This document shows, piece by piece, positions 21,827-35,300 of a stretch of 64,000 bases of DNA (within the stretch, counting starts at the first letter, position 1; every line of letters starts with the position of its first letter). The notes beneath the pieces were generated by a model, which worked only from the letters and a program-made list of their open reading frames with translations, ran no database searches and was not told the origin of the DNA. This DNA comes from Sphaerodactylus townsendi (Eukaryota), in contig NC_059438.1 in assembly GCF_021028975.2 (NCBI RefSeq), positions 25,172,001-25,236,000 of the forward strand, written 5' to 3'. The translations under genes were made by a program, and so were the position numbers.

Positions 21827-24168
21827 AGTATCCCTTCCTTCTTCTGTAGCCATAGAGTGTCTGGGACTCTTGTCTCAGGGGGACTAAATTAAAAAAGCTC
21901 TATCCAAGCCTCTCCCTGTGGGCTGTCCTAGAACAACAGCTGTTAATCACTGGGGGAGGTCTTTGGGAAATTTGGTTCTCTGGGTTCAGAGGCCAACCCT
22001 GACTCCTGGAAGACCAGCAGCCCTGTGCTCCTGGGAACAAGCTACCTCTGCCAGCGAGGGTGCCCCCTCCCACTGGGGCACAATATGGGGCTTGGGGGCT
22101 GGGCTTAGCTGAGAGACTCCAGGCCTGGAGGCGTGTGGCACCGCTCCCAGGAGCCTGTCCATCTTCCACCAGCACAGCAAGCAAGGAAGACACGAGAGCA
22201 GGAACCACTCTCTGGGCCCGTCGCAGCCGTCTTTCTCCTAATGGGTCTGGGCAGATCGTTCCAGTGTGCTACGGATGGTGGGTGAGTTGGGGAAATGCTG
22301 CCAAGCCCAGGAGAAGCCCTTCCATTCTCAAGGGGCTCCTTCTCTGCCACAGAGCTAGTCGATACAGCTTAGGCCGGCAAACGACTTTGGGCTCCTGACC
22401 AGGGGTGAGGCGGCTCCTGGCACCCTTCTTAAAAATAACCAGCAGGAGGAAGATGCTCTGGAGAGCATCCCTGCCAGTCCTTGAGGTAGCTGCATGCGGT
22501 GCAGTAGCCCAGGATGAAGTTGGGAGGCAGCTGCTCTCCCCCTCCCTCCCCCGGGAGGGTCATGTGTCGCCCGGGCATGAGGCCCCAGCATTCCCACTGC
22601 AGTTGGCTGGATTTGCCCTGCAGTCAGCAGATGATTATCCCTCTTAGGCCTGGATCACAGCATCAGCCTCTCTCCTAGACTGGGCTCCATAGTGGGGCTT
22701 GGAAGCTGCCCTTCCCTGGGGCTTGAAAACACAGAAAAGCAGGACTGGAGCTATTGGAAGGCCTCGATCATCTCCCCTGACCATCGTACATAAATGCACA
22801 CACAAGTGGAACAAGTCATGGAGCCGTTTCTCTAGAGAAGGACGTGGCCACCTCACCTGGTCCCTCCTTGGCAGGGGAAAGGCCATGAGGACGAGAGACA
22901 GTGCCGCTCAGCAGTTAGGCTGTGCTCCCGGCTGCAGCCTCACCTCTGCCACGGACTGTCTGGCTCCCAGCACTGTCGCACCTCCCCATCCCTGGGAGAG
23001 ATCAGCGAGCTACGGGTTCGTCGTTGGCAAATTCAGGAGGGACCGCAAATCCCTGTACAGGCTCAGCAAAGCAGAACAATGGGAAGAGCTGCCCAGACAT
23101 CCAGATCTAGCTCAGACAGAGTCTCTGCTTGCTCCTAGGTGTGAAAGCTGAGGCAGGTACTCATGCAGAAGACCACCAGGTGCTTTGATCGATCGGATCT
23201 CCTTCAGTTCTCCAATGCCAGAGAAGCCCTCAGACAAGGAGGTGCATGCTGCTGCAATCCTGCTCGGCCGGGCTCCAGTTTCATGAGCCTTTACTGAACC
23301 TACAATACAGGCTACTGCATCACCCAGAAGTCCCTGCGCTTCTTTCCTCTAAGCCCCTTTGGCAGAAAGGGACACAGGGAGCCCCTGCCGAAGGGCTGAG
23401 CCCGAGGTGCTGCCTGGCCCAGCCTGATTTTCATACCCCCAGAAGCCGAGCAATTATCGCCATCCCCGTCCTCTGCTGCCTGTGGTTGCCAGCCACGCTG
23501 ACGGCCACATTTTATGTGATGGAGTGCTGAGGAACGCCCAACACTGGGGAGGAATGCGTTGTGCCAATGCCAGAATGCCTGCCCCACTGGCACGGTGTGC
23601 TTAGACCAGAGCTCTGGTGCAGCAGAAGGGAGGGAGTTAAGGCCACTGGGAAGAGAATGTGCTTTGAAGGGCTGGATCCGTCCTCTGGGTGCTCCACAGG
23701 CAGGACTCACTGTTGATCCTGCAAGTGCCCCGCCCCCTGCCTCCGGCTTCCCCCAGCTTCCTTTGGTATCACAGCGTTCCTGGTCTGGCTGAGTCTTCCT
23801 CCGATTGCCCCAGCCGTCAAGGCACACAGCGGAAGGTTGCTCCCCTCCTCCTGGGACTGCTCCTGAGCGACGCAGTCACTCCTCTGCCGAAGTGTGTTGA
23901 GAAGGAACAGAAGGCTCCCAATTGCTTCCAGGAAATTGCTTCCTCTGCACCCCCCCCCCCCCATATCTGCCCCACTTGTGGAGAACCCTAAACAGGAGGC
24001 AAACTCAAGTCAGAGCCAGGAACAAAGGAGACGTCCAGTTTTTCCAAATGTCTTGGAGGATCTGGGAGGGAGGAGAGGAATGGATGTCTCTGGAGGTCAC
24101 AAATAACGGGCATTTGTGGCTAGTGCAAGAGTGAACGCGGGCACCTGGGTGTGGCTCCTGGCTTCCGC

Positions 24169-27100
24169 TTATCCTTCCTTCGGCTTCTCCATAGGCAGGA
24201 AAGGCTCCTCTTGGCTGGCCTGGAGCTCAGAGTCACTGAGGTGCTTCTTCTCCCGCCGCTGGTCTGCTTTCGACCTTGTCCAGGAGGGGGAGCGCAGGTA
24301 GCCGGCCCGAGGGAGGGGAGGGGCAGGTGGGTGCAGACCTGTACGGAGAGAGAGACCAAGATTCTGCGTAGCAATCCCTTGGCAGACCTGCCTCCCCACT
24401 CCCAAATGCCCAGTATCAACGCATCAGGGGCACTTCACTTACCAACCCAAGCGGTGGGCAAGGAGGTGCATCCACAGATACAGGCTCTCCTGTGACTCCT
24501 CTGGCCCTGCCCGGGTCTCTGCTGCTCCAGAATTCCCGGCCTCTGGGGAAGCATCTTTGCCACTGAGCCACGGACCCTCCCCTCTCCCCATGTGCATTCT
24601 CCCTCAGAGGCAGCCCCTCCCCTCGCACACGTGGGCCCCGGCCAGGCCAGCTGCAGCCAGGATCCCTCTCCCACCCCCACAGGCTGCTCAGCCTGCAAAG
24701 ACTCCTGCTCATTAATTCCACTCACACTTTCCCACCAAGGAGGGCGATTTACATTCTCCTTCCATCTGGTCTTTCGGATGCAGCTGCTGCTGCTGCTCCC
24801 ACCTCAACCCCTCCCTTCCCCACCCCCCAGGAGACAGCCAACCCATTTCCACCTGCTCCTCACACCATTGCAAGGGGGGTGGGGTGGCAGAGCCGCTGCA
24901 GAGACCCCTCCTGTGCCCAAACCCCCCCCCCCCCCGAGGAGGCATCGTCTTCTTCTTCCAGGAGCGTAACGAAGGGGGCGGCTTCCTCACAAGGCAGAGA
25001 TGCTGCAAGCCCCAGGGATGCCGGTGACATTTCCGAGTGCCTCCTGGCCCAGGTGCTGCATCTCCCTTTCGGAGACGCCTGTCAAAGTTATTGGCTTTCC
25101 TGAGATTTATGGCACAGCTGATTCGTGTCTCCTGAGCCACAGGCACCACCCCCACCCCACCCCCCTTCTCACCTCCCGCTGTCACCTGCTGCTCTTTTTA
25201 TTCCATGCATGTGTCAGTTCTGCCTGGAGTGCTGAGCCAGCACTGCAAGGCTGTGGCAGGGGGGCCGCAGGGGGTCACCGCCTGCCCAATACCCCCGCCC
25301 CCTGCCATAAACACACCCTTTTGCATTGGATCTTGCATGGCATCTGGGTCTCGCAGTCATGCTTGCGTGCCCCGTGTGTTGGTCTTCACATCTCTAATTT
25401 TAGGAATCAGATGTGTGACAATGAAAACCGCAGAACATCCGAATGCAGGAAGCCACATGGGGAAGGAGGGGGGTTGCGCTGAAGACGACTCAGGGCCAGC
25501 TCTGGGCACCCGGCCTCCCGAGGCACACTGCTCTGCTCTGCTTTCTGTTCCTTCGGAGCCCCTCAGGAGACGAGGAGCAGATCAGCCGCGTGGCAAAAGC
25601 CACACAGTCCCTCTGTTGCATCCCAGCCTCTCAGAGCCGGCCCAGCAGGTCTGAAAGGTTCTCGAGAGTCTCCAGGAAGGAGAGCCTTGGAAAATTTCAC
25701 GAGACGGAGGAGCCAAGATGAGCGCAGCCTTTCCAGGCTCGCAGCTGCTCTAAATTATCTCACTCTTCCAAGTTCAACTTGGGGTACAGAGAAGTTCCTG
25801 GGGCTAATTCTCAGGTGGCATCATCCTGGCTGACGGGCACTGTGCCCCGGCTGAGCCCCACTGTGACTCTTTGCTTGTTCAGAACCACTGGGTGGCTTTA
25901 AACCTGAGGCTGGCAGCGCCAAAGGCACGCTCACACGGCCATCGACGAATGGGCTGCTGTGGGAAGGCAGAGGCCTTGGGGCAGGCTGGGTCAGCTCTGC
26001 GAGGCTGCTGTGGCTCGATTGTGCCTGCGGTGTGAGGGGCGCCCAATTCCAGAGCCCTCCAGCCCATCACTGCCTGACTCAAAGGCACCCCGGCTGGCGG
26101 GCAAATGGTCATTTTCAAAAGAATCATCAACTTTAACAGTAAGCATAAAGGAAGCCACGTAGCCCTCAGTCTGCCGGGCCTGAGCAAGGCTGTCGAAGAG
26201 AGGATATTTTGGAGGTCAGTACTAAAGAGGGTCACCTCAGGTCAGAAGATGGCAGAGAACACACACACACACAATCGGAATCACAGTTGGGGGGGTGTCG
26301 GCCGTTGTTTTAGTGCAGGTGGACACCTGTCCCTCTTGCACTGGAGGGAAGGTTTCCTCTTGCGGTGCTGTTTAGCATACGTGCACAAGTGGTCTAAAAA
26401 CAAAGCATTCGCTTTCATGTAAACAGAAGCAAATGTGTTGGGCCGAGAGTGCTTACCGGTGGGGGCCTCACCGGCCACGTTCTCCTCGTCTGAGTCTGCA
26501 AAGACTTCTGCCAGCTCCTGGTCAGACATGTCCGTCAGCTCTGTGAGGTCCAGCAGGTCAAAGTGCACCTCCAGGGAGGAGACGCTGCTCAGGGGCTCTG
26601 AGGAGACAAGAGGGGCTGTCAGAGGAGCCGGCCAAGGAAGGCCCAAGGGGGGGGGACTCAGCTGTGCCTCCTCGTGGCAACGGCTGGCGGCTCTTTCCCT
26701 GCCCTCATACTCACGCCTGCGCTCGGCCACCTGCAGCAGCCCTGAAGTGGGAATTGGGATCCCGCCTTCCTCTTCCGTGGGGGGGCTGGGGCGCTCTTCC
26801 ACCTCTCCGTGCACAGGGGTGATGATGGGGGGCCCCTGCTCTGGCGTTTGGGCCTCTTTAGCCAGCACTGAAAGCACAAAAAGCAGCACTTGTTACAGCC
26901 GACTTGGTGTGGCAAGGGGAGAGGGCAGCCGGGATAACCCCAGCCTCTACGTTCTTGCAGGCACTCACGCTGGGCAGTCAACCGGCCACACTGGGCCCAG
27001 TTCCCTGGTGAGGTCCCACCTGGCACTTGAAGGAAGCCACAGCCAATCTTGGGCGGGTGTCACAGGGCCCCCTTCGCCTCAGGCAGCCTGACGGACGACT

Positions 27101-30100
27101 TCTCGTGGGCTCAGCCAGGCCCTTCCGGGGTTCAGTGCTGCTGCTCTGAGCTCAAGTGCAGAGTTCTCCAAAAGGGACGCTGCGGAGTGAGCCCCCCCTC
27201 CTGGCCTCCTCTCCACAGTCCGGCTGGCCCACTAGGAAGGGCCCTCCGTTCTCATCCAGCAAAGAGCCTCCCCCCCCTTGGGGAGACAGCAGCGTTTCCC
27301 TGGGGGGCTCTGCGCTTCTCATGAAACCTGGGCTGCCGGCTGCAGGTCCTCAGTTGACCCCAAGCATGAGACCCTGAGGCTTCCAGCCCTGCTGGGGGCC
27401 TTGCACAGGTTGCAGTAGTGTGGGGGGACTCTAGAGTCCTGGGGGCCATGCTCTTGCTGCAGGGCCGGGCCTACAAGAGCAGCTGAGAGGAGCCGGCTGC
27501 TTTGCCCAGAGAGCATCCCAGGAGCCCGGCGTTGCTTTCCAGGCCACCCATCAGGCGAGGAGGAGGGTGCAGGACTCCTCCTCTGGACAGCCGTGGCCTC
27601 CACACAGACAAGGGATGAGGCTGTTCTGCAGCACTCGGGCCCTGCAAACAAAGGCCATTCTGTCCGGAGGGAGGGAGGGAGGGAGGAGGAGGGCAGCCTC
27701 CAGGCATGGCCCTGACCTGGATGCGGCTCAGCGGCCCTCAGGACCACCCATGCAGGCATGCCAGCAGTTGGTCAGGCTTCTGCCAGGCAGCGGTAGCGGG
27801 GAAAGCACAGTACAGGCAGGGGTGCTTGCCTGTCTAAGAGGAGGACTCAAGGGGGTAGTTCTCAGTGAGCCAGCCAGTGCACCTCCCGCCACGTTGGGAA
27901 GGAGAGAAGGGAAGCCTAGAACCCTCCTCCCTGCCATGACAGTTTTCCCTGCTTGGAAAACGCTGTTGTTCAAAAGCTGAGGAGCAGCAGCTGAGCCCAC
28001 CGGCGGCATCTTTGTCCCCTTTTCCTGGCCTGCCCTTCTTTTCTACCCCGTGCTGGCAAATGCTGAGCTGCCCAGAGAGTGCCTCCACAGCTGAGGTCAC
28101 TGTTCATAGCGCACATGCCCAGAAAACTGCTGATTAGCATAAGATATCCCTGGGGTCTGGAAAGCCCCGGCACTCAGCAAGCCCAGGAGCAACAGCCCTT
28201 CCTTTCTGGCCAGGACGAGGCCTTTGAACGAGGCCAGCGCTGCAGCCGAAGAGTCAAGGATCCTTTTGTTTTCCCAGCCGGTTCTCTCTCTCTCCCAAGC
28301 ACAGCCTGGGCTGTGGCGAAGGCAGAGGCCATCACTGATTTCCAGCAGAGGGGCGGGGGCGGGAGAGGGGGGGTGAAACGTTCCTCTCGCAGCAAGGGGG
28401 GGGGGGAGGCAGCCGGCAGCCTCCACGAAAAGAGGGCAGCCTCCTTGCCTCAATCTGTGCAGGAATTCAGCATCTCATTGAGGCCGCAGAAGGCTGCGTC
28501 TCTCAGGCCTGCTCCAAATGAGGGCACCGTCTCCCTCCTGAGCCAGGCACGGCATCCGAGGCTCCGTTCCAGGACGTCCTTCCTGTTTCCCCAGCCAGAA
28601 AGAGGTCAGCCATTGAGACTTGGCTCCCATGCTGTGAGTTGTCCTGGCCTTGGCAACCTCCGCTCCCTTCAGAGGAGTTTGCCCCCAAATCTCTTTCCTC
28701 ACTAACTGAAGCAAGGCTGAGAGGGAACTCTCGTAGGGCAGCGGCCAGTGGAGCCAAACGCCCCTGCAGGCAGATCCAGGGCAGACCCGGCCATGAGGAC
28801 CCATTCTTCCTGCGATGGTTTGATGAGCAGAGAAGTCAGGTGGGCTCAGCTGGGTCTGCAGCGGAGCTCAAGGGAAGCCGGGCAAAGGCAAAATCTCAGA
28901 AGGCGAGTTCAGACTTCCCAGGTTTTGAAGCTTCCTAGTTTAGGCCATTCAAAAACTGGGTCATGAGAACGCTGTGCTTGCCAGCCCCCCCCCCCTTTTT
29001 CTGCAAGGAGCTCAGGGGAGAGCGTGGGTGGGCAGCAGTCCTCCTTGCTTCTGTTTTCTCCTTGGGAAAGGGGCGAGCCAAGGCTGAGCAGGGATTTGAA
29101 CTGTGGTCTCTGGTCTTGGTCCAGCCCCCCAACTGCAAGGGCTGCAGGTGCTGTGGGGGGTGGGGTGGGGGTGGAGAAAGGCCGGAGTGAGGCCAGCCCT
29201 TGGTGAGAAGAGGCTTTCTGGGAATTCTGATGAGCACACGAGGCTGCCTTTCCTGGAGCTGGGCCCTCCTGCCTGACTCAGCCAGCACCTCTCCTGGGTC
29301 TCGGCAGAGCTAGGCCCTCAGCATGGTCTCCTGCCACCCCCATGTGGAGACCCCCCTCCCTCGTTCTGAACAGAGAGCTGCTTCTCCTCTCCCCTCGCAG
29401 AGGGTTCTGCTCTACAGCAGGGCTGCCCTTGTTGTGTTGTCGCCCCCCCCCCCTCCCGGCAGCCTGGCCACTGAAGGACGGGACTGAAAGGAATGGGGCC
29501 CATCCAACATTTGCTGATTCACAGCCTAGGTGAGGCACCTCTGGTGGCGCTTGCCACGGGGGACGGCACAGGTCTGGTGCAGTGCGAAGTCCAGCCACTG
29601 GCGAAGGCCCACGTTCCCTTTCCAAAGCAAGAGCTCCACAGGTCTGGGGCCAGGCAGTCGCCTGCTTGTGGTTTCTCACTGGAGAGAGGAAAACTGCCCA
29701 TGTTCAGACTGGTGCTCTTGGGTGCCGCGGCTGTGATCGGCTGCTGGTGACAGGTCTGGAGCCAAGGGCCGGCTGAAGGGGCACCTCAGCATTCCCCCTG
29801 GGTGTGGGGCAGAGAGACCCAGGCCCAGGGCGGAAGAGCGTGTGGCCATCATTCAGCCAAGTGCTCCCAGAGGGGCAGGTCCTGCAGTGGTGGTGAACCT
29901 TTGGCACTCCAGATGTTATGGACTACAATTCCCATCAGCCCTTGCCAGCATGGCCAATTGGCAGAGGCTGATGGGAATTGTAGTCCATAACATCTGGAGT
30001 GCCAAAGGTTCGCCACCACGGTAGGGAGTGGCCTGGTCTAGAATCCCACAGGCCACAAGGGATGCTGCTGGCTGGACATCTGGACCTGGCTTAGGGGGAA

Positions 30101-31258
30101 CAACTTGAGCCAGAGCCCCAAAGCCCAGCTTTGCCCTTTGCCCCCTGGACAGAGCTGCCCTTTGGCACAGGGCAGCAGAACGGTGGGCACCTGGCACCTA
30201 GGGTAGACGGGGGGGAGCAGATTCTGGACCCTCCTGCCTGAGCTGCTGGTCTGCCCCATTCTGGGTCCAGAATGTGGGGCTGTGCCTGTGCTAAGAGCTC
30301 AGCTGTGGGGCTTCCCATGTGCTTCCACATGTTGGGGGGGCAGTGGGGGGCTCGGTAGGGCTTGGCATGCAGGTGGTCCCAGGTACAATCCCCACCGGCA
30401 TCTCTGGTTAAAAGGGACCAGGTGGCAGGCAGGCAGGGGATGGGAAAGAAAGACAGACCCTTTTCTGCTGGAGACCCTGGGGAGCCGCTGCCGTCCGAGC
30501 AGGCAAGACGGACTTCGGGGTCTGACCCTGGACAAGGCAGGCAGCTTCCTAAGTGGCCCTGTGACTTCGTGGCTGGTGGCCTCTGGGGCTGGCTAATGGA
30601 AAGCCATGGGCAAGTGCACGTGCACGCAGGCACACGCACACACGGAGCAGCCCAGTTAGGCGCAGAGTAGCTGCTCTCTGTCCATCATGTGTAAATCACA
30701 CACTCCCAATGCCGCCAGGTCACCCTTGCCCCTACAGCACACCCACACCCACACCCAGCCCTTGCCTTCTTGCAAAACAGCCACCCACACCAAGGCCCCC
30801 CTCTCCCCCGCCCGCCCTGCACTTTGCACAAGGGGGTCGTCCCTCGGCTGGGGAACATTCCAGCCCCCCCCCCCCCGTGCCTGCCCCAGCCCTCCTCCGG
30901 CGACACACCCCAGGGCTGCTTTCGGGGGAGCTGGGCTCCCGGAGTGGGGGGTGGGGGGCTGACTGAGCCACACAGAACTGTCCTGGCTGCACACCTAAAA
31001 GGGGGGGGGGGGAACCACGGAGGGTTCTTTTGCCCAAGAAACGCCTCCCCCCCCCCCCCGCTGTGATCCGGAGCTCGGCGGACGGTCTTCCATAGTAGCC
31101 CCGTGACGGGACCCGGGGCAGCTCCGCCACGCCGGCCTCCCCCTTCCCCACCGAGGCTACAGGTCCCGGAGCCGCGCCGCCGCCAGCCCGCCCTGCCCCT
31201 TGGCCCCCGGCCCCTCACCCGCGCTCGTCTTCGCCGCCGTTGCTGCCGGAGCCTCCAT
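24169..31258 (-). CDS. DBNDD1: Dysbindin domain-containing protein 1, 167 aa. Exons 31258-31219, 26867-26715, 26597-26457, 24338-24169.
   Basis: [17 protein letters not shown]|[40 protein letters not shown]|..[15 protein letters not shown]. All three introns are phase 1, GT-AG. Exon 1 [13 protein letters not shown] lies in the CpG island. Confidence 0.94.
29885..30021. mobile_element. Palindromic MITE (hAT-like), about 137 bp
   Basis: Whole-length hairpin with internal ccagatgttatggactacaattcccatc / gatgggaattgtagtccataacatctgg. Relatives at 40872 and 49234. Confidence 0.8.
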
Positions 31259-31330
31259 CAGCGCGGGCTGCAGCTGCCGCCGCCGCCGCCTCCTGCTCCC
31301 GGCCGGTGCACGCCGATGTGGCCACTGCAG

Positions 31331-31479
31331 CAGGCAGGCAGGCAGGCAGGCAGGCAGCCGCCCGGCCGAGCGCCCCTCGCCTCGCCGGGGAGGAGCGGGC
31401 CGTCGCGCCGGAGCAGCCCCCGGCTCGCCTCCCCGCCCCCGGCGCTCCAGCTGCGGCAGGCAGGCAGGCAGGCAGGCAG
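31331..31479 (-). repeat. Two (CAGG)6/(CCTG)6 tracts upstream of the DBNDD1 ATG
   Basis: Tracts at 31331-31357 and 31455-31479. Confidence 0.9.
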
Positions 31480-32335
31480 CCCCCGGCCGGCGGGAGGGAG
31501 GGACGGCGGGGCGTGGCCGGGCGGCCTCCTCTCAGCCGGGCCTCCTTGACGCCGCAGACCCCCTCCCCGCGCCCGGCAGCCCACCGGGCACACGCAGGGC
31601 GGGAGGCCAAGCACTGTTCGCTGGGCAGGCTGCTGCGAGGGATGGGCGCCTCTGGGCGCGTGCAGAGGGCCGGACAGGGTTCGGTCGCCAGGCCAGTGGC
31701 CGGAGCGGGGCCGAAGGAGTCTGTGGATGGGTCAGCCAGGCGACCAGCAGCGAGCCCCGGCCCAGATCGGGCGGCTAGGTGACGGAGCTCCGGCCTGGGT
31801 GCCGAGATCGCCTCCCCCGGCCACTCTCCGGGACGGGCCGTGATCCCTCCCGCAGCTGCAGCCTGGGGTCATGCTGGCATTCCTACCCTGCGGGGCTGTT
31901 GTACGGATGGCGAACAGCGCCTGTGGGCGAAGCACTGCTGCTGCTGCTTGGGAGCTGCTGTGATGGAGCCACGCAGCAGGTTGGGGGGCTTCTGCTCGGG
32001 AGGGGGAGGCTGCTGGCATCGGGGGGGTGGGGGGGCTCAGGAGATGCCGGAGCCGGGACGCGGGGGAAGCAGCAGCGGGCGGGCTGGAGGACCTGGCTCT
32101 GCCCCGCAGCTCCCCAGTGGGCTGGCCCGGCCAGCACCAGCAAGGAACGGGGCCGAGGGGGCGGGCGCTCCCCCTCCCTCGGCTCCATCGCCGGACGCAG
32201 CCGGCAGGCGCAGCACGGGCGGCGGGGGGCGGGGCTTCTCTGCCCGCGCGCCCCGCCCTCCCCCGTTGCCGGGGCGGGGCCTCGTTGCCGGGGCGGAGCA
32301 GCCCGCGGAGGATCTCTCGCGAGGCCCGGGCGGCG

Positions 32336-32348
32336 GTTGCCGGGAGAC
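32336..32348 (+). promoter_or_regulatory. RFX X-box of GAS8
   Basis: GTTGCCGGGAGAC ends 45 nt upstream of the ATG. Further GTTGCC half-sites at about 32265 and 32284. Confidence 0.65.
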
Positions 32349-32393
32349 GCGGTGACTCCCGGGGCGGCGAGCGAGGGCGGCTCCGCAGCCGAG

Positions 32394-35300
32394 ATGGTGA
32401 GGTCTAGATGGGGCACTCTGCACGCGCTCAGGGGCCCCGCTGTCCCTCCGGCCCCATGCGCGCCCCCCGCCGGGTTCAGTCGTGCCGGAGAAGCGGGGGG
32501 CCGGGGTGGGGGTGCTCTGCGGCGGAGGAGTCCCCCCCCCCGGCAGGGGCTGTGGCGCCCCGCCCCGCCCCCTGAAGGCGCCCTTCTCTCTCGCAGGCGC
32601 CGAAGAAGAAACCGGGGGAGAAGAAGAAGGGGGGCGGCAAAGGGGCCAAGAAGGGCTCCCCGGTGGTGGACGCCCTGCCCCCCGAGGGCATGACCAAGGA
32701 GCAGGTAGGTGAGCGGCGGCGGGGGGGCAGAGACTCCCCAGGGAAGGGCTGCTGCCCCCTCTCCACCAAGCGAGGCGTGGCTCCAGCTGACCCGCATCCT
32801 GGGGCCCCAGCGCCCCCCCCCCCCGACTCTGGACTGCGGTTGGGGGCCTCATTCTGGGGCACTGGAGGCTCGGTTGGCCCTGCGCTGCCAGCCGCCCAAC
32901 ATGCCGCCTTCAGAGCCGCCTCGCCCTCGGGCGCTTCCGATAGCCCAGCTGGGTTGCCCGAAGCCCTTCCGACCTGCCCGCTCAGACCTCTGCTCACCTG
33001 GGCCAGGTGTGCTCGCAGTGCAGCTAGAAGGGCAGTTTGCCTCAAGATGAATCCAAGCAGCCCCAAAAGCTTTTGTGTCACTTTTAAACTCACTCCTGGA
33101 TGCCTTCCAAGAAACGTCCTGAGTTGAATAGCAGCACTTTTTGGTTACATCCAGGGACGCGTCAGCATCACTGAGCTGGGCCATTGCTGCGGAAAGGAAG
33201 TACTTCCTTGCACCGTGTGTGATTTAAACATGGAATTCTCTGCCAGAGGGTGTAGTGATTGTAGTGATGGCCACAGGCGCAGACTGCTTTAAAGGGGGCT
33301 AAGACAGATTCATGGACAAATCATAAAGTCCAAGGCAGGGCATTCCATTGTCGAACAGCCCTTATTGTCAGGGCATTTTTCCTGATGTTTAGGTGGAATC
33401 TGAAGGTCTGATGAAAGGAACCCTCCCCCATGCCAAGGGAGGTTTATGTCTGTGCACTGGGGTTGGCCCTCCAGAAAAGCACGTTGACAGCTGTGTGAGT
33501 CAGGATGGTGGGCTGGATAGGCCACCAGTTCGATCTTGCAGCTCAGCCACACAAGAGCAGCCCACAAGGCTGCTGGCTCTAGGCATCCTAGGAATCATGG
33601 AATTGGAAGAGACCCCCAAGGGTCATCAAGTCCACCCCCCTGCAATGCAGGAACCCACCATCAGTGGAAGTTTTAAGATGCAGCCCAGGTGGAATGCATG
33701 GCCGTTGTCTGATCTGGAGGCTAACCAAGCGTGGACTGATAAAGCTGTGGGGCCCTCATGGGCCCAGGGAGAGTGGGGCCTCAGAGTCCTCCAGTCAGAG
33801 GGGGATCTTTCACTGATGGCTCTCTGGGCCTTGCAGTTGGAGGAGCACATCGTGCGCCTCCGGGAGGAGCTGGACCGTGAGCGGGAGGAGCGCAACTACT
33901 TCCAGCTGGAGAGGGACAAGATCCACACCTTCTGGGAGATCACGCGGCGGCAGCTCGATGAGAAGAAGGCGGAGCTGCGCAACAAGGACCGGGAGATGGA
34001 GGAGGCCGAAGAGCGGCACCAAGTGGAAATCAAAGTGAGGCGTCGTCGTGGGGTGGTGCCGGTGGGCCGGATTGGGCCCTCCCCCTGTTCCTCCTCCGAG
34101 GAGGAGGGGGCCTGCTTAGCTGTCGATGGCTGACTGTTCCTCTTCCCTCAGGTTTACAAGCAGAAAGTGAAGCACCTGCTGTACGAGCACCAGAACAGCC
34201 TGACGGAGCTGAAGGCGGAGGGCACCGTGGCCATGAAGCTGGCCCAGAAGGACCACCGCACCCAGGAGATGGACATGCGCAAGGACATGCGCACCCTGAA
34301 GGTGGAGCTGAAGGAGCAGGAGCTGGCCAACGAGATGGTGGTCAAGAACCTGCGGCTGGTACGTCCAAGGCAAGGCCGGCTCCGCTGGGCTCAGGCTGGC
34401 ACCTGTGGGTGGCGCCTGGAGCCGCCGTCCTCTGTTCGGGGTCTGCTGACCTGGGGTTGTCCCTGATTTGCTGCTCTTTCCCCCGGCAGAAACAACAAGA
34501 GGACCTGACTGCTCTGCGCTGTGACTTTGAGAGGCAAGTGAAAGGTCAGTTTGGGGGCTTGTGCTGCGTGAGGGGCTCCGAGGGCCCCCTTGGGACACTG
34601 GCCCACTGGCCCAGGAGCTGCTTCCCCAGGGTAGAGGAGGAGTAGTTTGGATTTATGTCCCCCCTTTCTCTCCTGTAGGAGACTCAAAGGGGCTACAATC
34701 TCCTTGCCCTTCCCCCCTCACAACAAACACCCTGTGAGGTAGGTGGGGCTGAGAGAGCTCCGAGAAGCTGTGACTAGCCCAAGGTCACCCAGCTGGCGTG
34801 TGTGGGAGGGCACAGGCTAATCTGAATTCCCCAGATAAGCCTCCACAGCTCAGAAGGCAGAGCGGGGAATCAAACCTGGTTCCTCCAGATTAGATACACG
34901 AGCTCTTAACCTCCTACGCCACTGCTGCAAAGAGCTGTGGGGTGGTGGTGGCGTTTGTGGAATACACACAAAACTGCCTTTGACTGAACCTCGGTCCATC
35001 AAGGTCAGAATAGCATCGTTGAAGGCTTTCACAGCCAGAATCCTCCTAGGCCACTGCTGCTCCGTCTCCCTGTTTTTTGGGGACTGGGGGCATTTGTAGT
35101 GTGTGGCTCTGCAACCTTGGCTTTCCCATGCTGGGGGTTGTGTGTGTGTGTGTGTGTCCATCATTCCTGTGGTTTGATTGATAGTTTGGTTCTTCTGGTG
35201 TGCCAGAGATTGGAGGCCTTCCTCAGCAGCAGCAGCAGCCGCTGCCTGGGTCCCGTGTGTCTTGCGGTCCTGCTCCAAAAGAATGGCCAAGGCACTGCTG

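Larger units (their letters stand above)
31060..32960. promoter_or_regulatory. CpG island / bidirectional DBNDD1-GAS8 promoter
   Basis: Divergent ATGs at 31258(-) and 32394(+) about 1.1 kb apart, dense CpG, GC boxes. Confidence 0.8.
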
